Of a DNA stretch of 64,000 bases, positions 9,340 through 16,826 are shown one piece after another. The number at the start of each line of letters is the position of its first letter. Position 1 is the stretch's first letter. The DNA comes from a virus. A program made the translations under genes and the position numbers. The notes below the pieces were generated by a model. That model made no database searches. It was not told the DNA's origin and was given only the letters and a program-made list of their open reading frames with translations. The DNA is taken from positions 99,218-163,217 of IMG/VR virus record IMGVR_UViG_3300028578_000003. One strand, given 5' to 3'.

Positions 9340-9615
9340 ATGACCACCACGCCCACTAAGCCCAAGCCCGGCGCGCGGATCACCGAGGACGACGTCGTCG
9401 AAGGACTGCGGGTCACCGACGGCACCCGAGTCGGCACGATCGCCGTCGACCCCGAGACCCTGGACGTCTTCCAGGAAGGCGACGAACTGGGTTGGGACGA
9501 GAAGACCATGGGCCCCATCGGCGTGTGCGTGAACTGGGACGGCCGCTCCCGCTGGCCCGGCACCACCTACACCGGGATCAACGTGCTGCGTGTCGCTGAT
9601 AATGGATTGAGGTAA
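9340..9615 (+). CDS. Hypothetical protein
   Basis: AGGAGG RBS. Confidence 0.7.
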   Translation: MTTTPTKPKPGARITEDDVVEGLRVTDGTRVGTIAVDPETLDVFQEGDELGWDEKTMGPIGVCVNWDGRSRWPGTTYTGINVLRVADNGLR

Positions 9616-9620
9616 AGAAG

Positions 9621-9845
9621 ATGAGGACCACCGATCAACACCTTGCGGCGCTGTTGTCCATGAACACCCGCAGCGAGGCTGCGGAGTACGTCGCCAAGAT
9701 CCGGGGCGCGGGCCTCCACGACCTCGCCAACCGGCTATCCGTCAGGACCGACGTGTCGGTGGCTCAGATCCGCCAAAACGTCATCGACGCCACCGCCGGA
9801 ACTCGCGAGGACACGGCCGCGATCCGCTCCCACGGGTGGCGCTGA
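9621..9845 (+). CDS. Hypothetical protein
   Basis: GAGGT RBS, 74 aa. Confidence 0.65.
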   Translation: MRTTDQHLAALLSMNTRSEAAEYVAKIRGAGLHDLANRLSVRTDVSVAQIRQNVIDATAGTREDTAAIRSHGWR

Positions 9846-10071
9846 CCTCGACCGATGAACCATGGTGGCTGGTTACGTGGTGGTATCCGGCCAGTCGCTC
9901 GGTGACATCCCGGACTGGGACTTCGAGGACATCACGAGTCTCCCCCGACCCTCGCAGACGGGTAAGCCACACCACTGTTCAGCGGATCTCGGGGCAGGTT
10001 GACTGACGCCCCTCTCCTGCGCGCCTGACGGCCCGACCCGAGCTGGGGGTCGGGCCGTTCGTAATGTGCAC

Positions 10072-10121
10072 GGAAGTCTACGTCACGGTGACTTGTATTT
10101 TCCCGTAGTTGGGGTAACGTG
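10072..10121 (+). promoter_or_regulatory. Promoter, copy 2 of 50-bp direct repeat
   Basis: GTCACGGTGAC-TTGTAT...TAACGT, preceded by hairpin 10028-10058. Confidence 0.8.
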
Positions 10122-10168
10122 AGCGGTACCGGGCGAGCCCAAGCGCCCACCGGCCCAGGAGGCAACAC

Positions 10169-12496
10169 ATGACCGCCGCCGCGACCCAGGCCCCCGCACC
10201 GGCCACCGTCACCCGCGCGATGCGCCAGCTCTGGCCCGCGCCGATCCGCATCAGCACGAAGGTCACCAACGACCGCGTCGTCATCACCGGCCCGCTGAGC
10301 ATGCGCGACGCCGCCGACGCCCAGGTCCAGATCCTCAACAGCCTCAGCGACGGCCAGACCTGGCAGCGCGTCGACTTCCAGGAGGTGGGTCGCGGCACCG
10401 CGTCCGCCCGCGCCACCTTCGCCACCGGCGGCGACCTGCCCGAGGAGTTCAAGACGGTCGGCTGGCCCGCTGACTGGCCCGCCGAGCAGGCCGATGAACA
10501 GACCGTCCTCGCCCGCCACCGCATGGTCCGTGAGCTGGGACTCGGCACCGGCCACAACGCCCGGCCCGGGCAGCACGTGAAGCACATCGAGCTGGGCATT
10601 CGCGGCCGCCTCGACGGCGTCACCGGTTCCAGCGCCTACGTCACCTTCGGCGGCGACACCGAGTCCAGCCTCGTGCACGCCGCCGACGTCGTGCGCATCA
10701 GCGACGCGCAGCTCATCCAAGAGGCCGAAGAGGCTGGCGAGCCGTTCATCTTCTTCGCCACCGACGTGACCGTGGGCGAGGAGATCATGGCGGACGGCGC
10801 GCCGGCCACAGTCGTGGCCACCGACGTCGAGCTCAACACGATCACCGTCGACCACGGCCACGAGACGACCCCCGGGTGCGGCGGGAGCCGGGGCACCCGG
10901 TTCCTCAACTCGGTGCTCGAGCGCGGCGCCCTGCAGAAGATCGCCCCACCCCCGGCCAAGGAAGCCGCGGCCGCGCTGACCGCCGCCCGCTCGGCCGCCG
11001 CCGCGGCCAACCAGGCGTACCTGACCGCGATCCGCGGCGACCACGACAGCGAGGACGCCCGCCGCGCCGCCGGCATCGCGGCCGCCCTCGGCGAGCAGAC
11101 CGCCAACATCAGCGTCGCCCGCGCCGAGCTGGCACTCGATATCGCCCTGGGCAAGGTCACCCCCGGCACTGTCCGCTTCGAGGTGACCACGTGTTCCCAC
11201 AGCGACGGGGAGAGGTGGGAGGTCATCGGGTGGGGACGCTACGACGCCCTGCCGTCCGAGACGGCCACCGCGCAGGCCCTGCGCATCGCCGGCGAGAACA
11301 GGCTGCTCAACAGCGCGCACCTGATGAGCCCCAAGCCGTGGCGTGTGCAGGTGTGGACGGACCCGGCGGGTGAGCGACCCGACGGCGAGTGGACCAACCT
11401 GACCGACCCGTGCCCAGCCGGCGAGCACAACCCCGGCGCGCACCCGATCAGCGGCGGTGCGTCCCGCAGCGACGGATCGGCCGTTCGGCAGGCGACGTGC
11501 TCGATCTGCATGCACGAGATCACCCGGGTCGACCCCTACCGCCGGGACAACGAGAACCCCAACCCGTGGGTCCTCGCCGGCGAGGCGCTGCCCGACCCGG
11601 ACCCGGCCGTTCTCTACCTGCCGGTCGAGTGCATCAAGCAGGAGCACTACGGGATGGAGATCCACGACGGGATGGGCACCTGGTACACCCTGATCTCCGT
11701 CGGCCCCATCGACCGGGAGACGGGCAAGTGCGAGGTCACCGTCGAGGGCCGACCGGTCGCGAAGATCTACTGCACGATGTCGGTGCAGCTGCGCCCCGGC
11801 CCGATCCGGCACGAGGGGGTCGCCGTCAACGAGCACGGCGCGCAGCTCGTCTCCACCTTGGGCGCATTGCACTACGACGACCGCGCTGACGAGACCGGCG
11901 ACGGCACCGCGGTCGGGGCGTGGCGTGTCACGGGGGTCGGCGAGAACTTCCAGCTGCCCGTCGGGGACGTCGAGGCCGCGAAGCGTTGGGCTGAGGCGGC
12001 GCTCGCCGCGCGCAGGTACGGCCCCGTGGTCGGGTGGACCGCGCACCGCGACCGCTACGGCGACCTGTGGACGCCGATCTTCGACGGCGGCGGCCGTCCT
12101 GAGCGTCCCGTCCCGTCCGTCCCGGCACTCACCGGGACGGACGGGACGGACGGGACAGCGGGTGCCGCCGCCGACACGGCGCCCGCCCCCATCCCGATTG
12201 CCGGCGTCCCGGTCGACCGCGTCCCGATCCGGCAGGACGGGCCCGTCCCGATCGGGTACCGCATCGAAACCCGGACGGGTGCGTCCTGGTCGCCCGTCCG
12301 GGTCGGGTGGAGCCCACCGATCTACCATCCGGCCAGGACGGTGCTCGCCGCCGTCGCCAGGACGATCCTCAGCAACACTGCGGCCGTCCTGGGGCTGCGC
12401 CCACAGGACGCGCTGCCGGCCGTCCGGGTATACACGTGGCATCGCGGGACGGGCCTCACCGGCTTCGCCGTCCGGGACGGGGGGTGGAAAGCATGA
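10169..12496 (+). CDS. Large mosaic hypothetical protein (775 aa)
   Basis: AGGAGG RBS, high GC3; no family recognised. Confidence 0.8.
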   Translation: MTAAATQAPAPATVTRAMRQLWPAPIRISTKVTNDRVVITGPLSMRDAADAQVQILNSLSDGQTWQRVDFQEVGRGTASARATFATGGDLPEEFKTVGWPADWPAEQADEQTVLARHRMVRELGLGTGHNARPGQHVKHIELGIRGRLDGVTGSSAYVTFGGDTESSLVHAADVVRISDAQLIQEAEEAGEPFIFFATDVTVGEEIMADGAPATVVATDVELNTITVDHGHETTPGCGGSRGTRFLNSVLERGALQKIAPPPAKEAAAALTAARSAAAAANQAYLTAIRGDHDSEDARRAAGIAAALGEQTANISVARAELALDIALGKVTPGTVRFEVTTCSHSDGERWEVIGWGRYDALPSETATAQALRIAGENRLLNSAHLMSPKPWRVQVWTDPAGERPDGEWTNLTDPCPAGEHNPGAHPISGGASRSDGSAVRQATCSICMHEITRVDPYRRDNENPNPWVLAGEALPDPDPAVLYLPVECIKQEHYGMEIHDGMGTWYTLISVGPIDRETGKCEVTVEGRPVAKIYCTMSVQLRPGPIRHEGVAVNEHGAQLVSTLGALHYDDRADETGDGTAVGAWRVTGVGENFQLPVGDVEAAKRWAEAALAARRYGPVVGWTAHRDRYGDLWTPIFDGGGRPERPVPSVPALTGTDGTDGTAGAAADTAPAPIPIAGVPVDRVPIRQDGPVPIGYRIETRTGASWSPVRVGWSPPIYHPARTVLAAVARTILSNTAAVLGLRPQDALPAVRVYTWHRGTGLTGFAVRDGGWKA
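12065..12480. repeat. Dense cluster of GGACG/CGTCC motifs
   Basis: About 25 copies in about 420 bp (hand count). Confidence 0.75.
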
Positions 12497-13002
12497 TGAT
12501 GACGGGTGGAGGCGACGGGTCGGATCGATCAATGCGCCGCCACGGGCGTGCGCGGCGCGCCGGCTCCCAGATCGTCCAAGCCTTCAATGGCGGAGGGGGG
12601 CCTGGCCGGGGGGAGCGGGTCAGGGCATGGCGGCTTCGCCTGGCCCAGCTGGTCGCCCCGGCCGGCGCCGACGTGCACGACCCCGACCAGAGCGCCTGCC
12701 CCCACGACGAGGCGCTCCTGGAAGCCGCCCAGTTCGGGCAGCTGCGCCGCGACCCTGACGGCCGATTCATGATCGATATGAGTGACCTGGCCCGGGACCT
12801 GGTCGACGGCGCCTGGTTCCAGGCCGCCGCGGATGGCCGGTACGAGCTCACCAGGGCCGGCCAGGAGCAGCTCGCCCGGCTGTGGGGGCCACATCTGATC
12901 CCACCGTGGGGCGGTGGCCACTACATGTGCTACGAGCACGGCATCTATGAGGCGGCGCCGGGTGAGTCCGGCGACTGCCCGCGATGCCCGGTGGGCCGGT
13001 AG
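12493..13002 (+). CDS. Hypothetical protein with C-terminal CxxH..CxxC
   Basis: ATGA overlap with upstream gene. Confidence 0.65.
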   Translation: MMMTGGGDGSDRSMRRHGRARRAGSQIVQAFNGGGGPGRGERVRAWRLRLAQLVAPAGADVHDPDQSACPHDEALLEAAQFGQLRRDPDGRFMIDMSDLARDLVDGAWFQAAADGRYELTRAGQEQLARLWGPHLIPPWGGGHYMCYEHGIYEAAPGESGDCPRCPVGR

Positions 13003-13247
13003 CCGACTGACCACCACACGCGCGTGAGGGGTGCCCCGTGATCGGGCACCCCTTACGCGTACGTGGGGTGACCGTGGGCGCCCCCACACGGTCACACAAC
13101 GTGTTTTCTATTCGACCCCGCGGGGCCCCTAAAAACCGGGATTTGAGCACAATGCGTCTGGCGCGCGCGCGCGAGGTAGAAGCTACACACGGTAACTTGA
13201 CCTTGTCAAGAGATATAGATCATTCCGCGTGTCGCGGGGGTGGTTGT

Positions 13248-13661
13248 TCAGCTGGCGACGTGCCTGGCCGTGGCCGGGATCAGGTGCCGCCACCGCTCCG
13301 GGATCAGGTCCGCGTGGCCGGCGGCAACGGCCATCTCGACGGCATGACGAGCGTCTACCCACCTCGCCGACCAGCGCACCGTGGCGTTGCCGCCGAGGCG
13401 CAGCCGGGCCCTCTCCACGGCGGCCGCGAGATCCTCCTCGGGTATCCCGAGTTCGGCGGCGAGGGCCGGGGCTAGCCTCGGGTCCAGCCGGGCGACCTCG
13501 TCGCCCGGGCGGCCGCCGCGCAGTATGCCCCGGTCGACCCAGCGCGCGACCGCGCGGTCGCTCTTGCGCAGGATGAGCGCGGCCTCGGTAGTGGTGATCA
13601 TCAGGTCCGGCGTGAGGCCGCCGCTGGGCGCCGCACGCCCCGCTGGCTCATGATCGACCAC
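13248..13661 (-). CDS. MerR/BldC/excisionase-like HTH protein
   Basis: MITTTEAALILRKSDRAVARWVDRGILRGGRP; start uncertain. Confidence 0.7.
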   Translation of the reverse strand: MVDHEPAGRAAPSGGLTPDLMITTTEAALILRKSDRAVARWVDRGILRGGRPGDEVARLDPRLAPALAAELGIPEEDLAAAVERARLRLGGNATVRWSARWVDARHAVEMAVAAGHADLIPERWRHLIPATARHVAS

Positions 13662-13709
13662 GACGAGATCGCCTCTCTGTCAAAACCGACTCCCGGTCGA
13701 AGTGTGACA

Positions 13710-14090
13710 GATCCGGGACGCCCTGGCGGGGTTGCCGCTGGTCAGGACGTCCCGCGTCCTGGCAGGCGGGTTCCCGTCGAGCGGCGGCGTCCTGATTCTT
13801 CCGTCCTGCCTAACTGTCAAAACCGACACGCGCGTGTCATCATGGCTCGCATGACCGATACCCAAACCGGGACGGGGGGCCAGGATGGCGCCGCCGACAC
13901 CAGGACGCAGGACGGCACCGAAACCAGGACGCGGGACGGGGTCGCTACCGGGACGCCCGACCAGGACAGGACGCCCGACCGGGACGGGACGGCGAACCCG
14001 GCCGGGGTGGGGGAGCCGGACGGCGGGCCCGTCCCGTCCCACCCGTCCCGTCCGGGTTCGACCGGGACGGGACGCAGGACGGGACGCGTG
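13710..14090. repeat. Second dense cluster of GGACG/CGTCC motifs
   Basis: About 24 copies in about 380 bp (hand count). Confidence 0.75.
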
Positions 14091-15629
14091 AAGGTCTACA
14101 TCCGTGCCCCCGGCCGGCACGCCGCCGGCCACCACACCGGCCACCACGCCGCCGAGAGCGAGGGGAGCTTCTGGCGGTCGGTGACCGCCTGGGTCGCCAG
14201 CGGCGGGTACCTGACCGCGTTGACCGTCGTCGTCGCTGTCGTCGCCGCGCTCGGCCAGAAGGTCTTCGCCGAGACCAAGGCCGGCTTCGTCAAGCTGATC
14301 GTGATCAACGGCTGGGACCTCACGCCGTGGCTGTCGCCGGCCGTCTTCGACCTGGCCGTCGCCGCGATGCTCCGTGAGGGCATCCGCAACTCCCGCCGCC
14401 GGCACTCGCCGTGGCTCTGGTGGGCCGGCGCCGGCGTCGTCGGCGCGGTGTCGGTCTACACGAACGCCCGACACGCCGGCGCCTGGATCACCGGCAGCGC
14501 CTCGGCCGGTCTGTTCATCATGTGGTTCCTGCGCCTGTACTACCAGCACCGCGACATCGTCCGCGCCCGGGAGGTCGAGGACTCCGTCGCCGAGAAGATG
14601 GTCTCCACCGACGTGCTGTTCGGCATCGACCGCAAGCTGGCCGCGCTGGCGCTGCGGATCGCGCAGACCAAGCCTCTCGCGGCCGCCGTCGCCTACCGGC
14701 ACCAGCTGGGGGAGATCGAGCTGTCTGAGCGGGACGTGGCCATCCTCGCGGCCCGCCAGTACACCGACATCTACACCAACGAGCTGTACGTCCTGATGAA
14801 CCCACACCGCTTCCCGGAGCAGTCAGCTGACGCCGCGCCGGCTGACGGGAAGCCGACCCAGGGGAAGAAGGAGGGCAAGAAGGTCGCCTGGTGGCACCTT
14901 CGGCGCCGCTCCCGGGCCCGTTGGCTGGCGGCCCTCACGGCGGGCGACAACGTCGACTACTGGCTGGGCCTGCCGGTCCCCGACCGCCGCGGTGTCGTCA
15001 TCTCCCGCATCACGTACGCGGCCACGGACACCACCCCCCGGCTGGGTGCCGCCGCCCTGGCCGCCCAAACTCCCGCACCGGCATTGCCGGCCGCGTCCGC
15101 CGCAGCCCCGGCCGCGCCCGCCCTGCCGCCCGCACATGGGCCACGGTCCATCGCCGCCCGCCCGCACAAGGCCCGCGACGCCGGCATCCCGCTGACCCCG
15201 GACGCCTTCTACTACGAGGAAGAGGGCGGTCAGCAGGTCCCCGCGGCCGCCGGCGCGCCGTCCGGCAAGGCCCGCGCGGACTGGGTGCCGATCAACATGA
15301 TCGAAGGGCTGCCGTCCTTCGATCCGCAGACGCCCTGCGGGCACTCGGCGGACCCGGGCAAGCCGTGCACGTACGGGACGCTGGCCCTGCACCTCGAGCG
15401 CCGCGGTCGCCAGCTGCGCATGATCATCCAGGCTGTTCCGGACTGGAGCGACCCCGACCGGCGGCGTCTCGGTAAGAACGACGTCAAGACGATCTGTGGG
15501 GTGGGCTCGGACCAGCAGACGGAGATCTGCGGGCTACTCGACCACCTGCGCAGGATCACCCTGGCGCAGCGCGCCGAGGCCAACGCGGCGGCGAGCTCGG
15601 CGGCGTCGGTGATCGACGCCGAGTCCTGA
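13851..15629 (+). CDS. DUF2637/Spd-like membrane protein (4 TM segments, long soluble tail)
   Basis: VAVVAALGQ...PWLSPAVFDLAV...GAVSVYTNARH hydrophobic block; start could be 13842. Confidence 0.65.
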   Translation: MTDTQTGTGGQDGAADTRTQDGTETRTRDGVATGTPDQDRTPDRDGTANPAGVGEPDGGPVPSHPSRPGSTGTGRRTGRVKVYIRAPGRHAAGHHTGHHAAESEGSFWRSVTAWVASGGYLTALTVVVAVVAALGQKVFAETKAGFVKLIVINGWDLTPWLSPAVFDLAVAAMLREGIRNSRRRHSPWLWWAGAGVVGAVSVYTNARHAGAWITGSASAGLFIMWFLRLYYQHRDIVRAREVEDSVAEKMVSTDVLFGIDRKLAALALRIAQTKPLAAAVAYRHQLGEIELSERDVAILAARQYTDIYTNELYVLMNPHRFPEQSADAAPADGKPTQGKKEGKKVAWWHLRRRSRARWLAALTAGDNVDYWLGLPVPDRRGVVISRITYAATDTTPRLGAAALAAQTPAPALPAASAAAPAAPALPPAHGPRSIAARPHKARDAGIPLTPDAFYYEEEGGQQVPAAAGAPSGKARADWVPINMIEGLPSFDPQTPCGHSADPGKPCTYGTLALHLERRGRQLRMIIQAVPDWSDPDRRRLGKNDVKTICGVGSDQQTEICGLLDHLRRITLAQRAEANAAASSAASVIDAES

Positions 15630-15655
15630 CGCAGGCGTCGTACGGCGCTGAGAAC

Positions 15656-15701
15656 GACAGTGGAGGGGCCGGCCCGGTGGGGGGCCGGTCCCTCCACTGT
15701 C
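15656..15701. terminator. Long GC-rich hairpin after Spd-like gene
   Basis: GACAGTGGAGGGGCCGGCCC / GGGCCGGTCCCTCCACTGTC. Confidence 0.7.
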
Positions 15702-15710
15702 CTGCGGTAG

Positions 15711-15753
15711 GTAACCGGTGGTTACGCCAAGATCGCCCGGCGGGTCCTATGGT
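15711..15753 (+). promoter_or_regulatory. GTAAC-N5-GTTAC operator plus -10 (TATGGT) upstream of transfer operon
   Basis: Same motif and spacing at 45551 and 46875. Confidence 0.7.
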
Positions 15754-16106
15754 CGTGGCCATCGCCGGCCGCAAGGTCACGGCGATCCGTCCGGGGGCTG
15801 GCCATGAAGCCGCTCACCAGGAACGAGGCGGGAGCCCAAGCCCGCCGCCGGTGCTTGGCCCTCCCCCCGGCCGGGGGGAGGTATGCCGTGCCGGACAGTC
15901 CGCGCCGCCGACGTCCGGCGCGCTTCAGGGGGGGTCGGTGTCGTATACGCCGACACCTGCCCGATTTTCTCCTTCACGGTGTAGCGCATTTAACGGCGGC
16001 GGAGTAACTTAGGGGGGCCACCGCGTTCGTGCGCGGGTGCCTCGGCGTACAGCCCGACCTCCAACCCCGGAGACCGGGACTGGTTCGTACTAGGGAGAGC
16101 TGACCC

Positions 16107-16421
16107 ATGTATCACCTGCTCGACGCGGTCCGGGCGTTCGCGGAGGCTGCACCCGTGCCCACGCCGTCACCAACCGAGGGCCCGCCGGCCACACCCGACC
16201 TCGACCCCAAACTCGAGGGGATCACGACCGTCCTCAAGTGGGTGGTCGCACCGATCGTCGTCATCGTGGCCGGGATCGGCATCGCCGCGAGCAGCCGGCT
16301 CGGAAACATGGCCAAGGCGCTGACCCGGGCGGGGATCACCTTCCTCGGGGTCATCTTCGTCGGCGGCGCCACCACCCTCGTCTTCTGGGGCGACGACATC
16401 CTCGCCTTCTTCTCCAAGTAG
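16107..16421 (+). CDS. Pilin/VirB2-like small membrane protein
   Basis: Two TM helices, first gene of transfer cluster. Confidence 0.6.
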   Translation: MYHLLDAVRAFAEAAPVPTPSPTEGPPATPDLDPKLEGITTVLKWVVAPIVVIVAGIGIAASSRLGNMAKALTRAGITFLGVIFVGGATTLVFWGDDILAFFSK

Positions 16422-16427
16422 GCGACC

Positions 16428-16826
16428 ATGGCGATCTTCCGCAGCGACGACCCCATCTGGCGGGCCCGCCTGGTCTACCTCGGCCCGCCGAACTACCTGC
16501 TCCCGTATCACTTCACCTACGGCCAGTACGGGCTGTTCTTCGTCCTCTGCCCCGCCTTCGTCATCCCGGCGTGGACGCTGCTGGGCTGGAAGTCGATCGG
16601 GTTCGCGGCAGGCGCGGCGGTCTTCGCCACCTGGAAGACGTTCAAGCACGTCGACCCCGACCAGCCGGCCCGCAAGCTCATCCGGGTGTGGGCGCTCGAC
16701 TGGCGCCCCGTGCGGGCGCGCCAGCCGAGGCCGGTGCGCCTGTCCGCCCGCCACATCCGATTCCTCGGCCTGCCCCAGCGTCCTCGCCGGGCCGCGCTGA
16801 CGCGACGGGGGGAGCAAACCCGATGA
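16428..16826 (+). CDS. VirB3/TcpE-like membrane protein
   Basis: Two TM helices, overlaps VirB4 start. Confidence 0.6.
   Translation: MAIFRSDDPIWRARLVYLGPPNYLLPYHFTYGQYGLFFVLCPAFVIPAWTLLGWKSIGFAAGAAVFATWKTFKHVDPDQPARKLIRVWALDWRPVRARQPRPVRLSARHIRFLGLPQRPRRAALTRRGEQTR

Noticed and set aside
9932-12532. Long antisense ORFs (866 aa here; also 55514-57838 and 60705-62795)
   Set aside because: Shadow frames of high-GC genes on the opposite strand; no RBS or motifs
13188-13220. Additional CACGGT boxes (13188, 47180, 60601, 63847) as members of the promoter class
   Set aside because: No TAnnnT at the 30-31 bp spacing, so not counted
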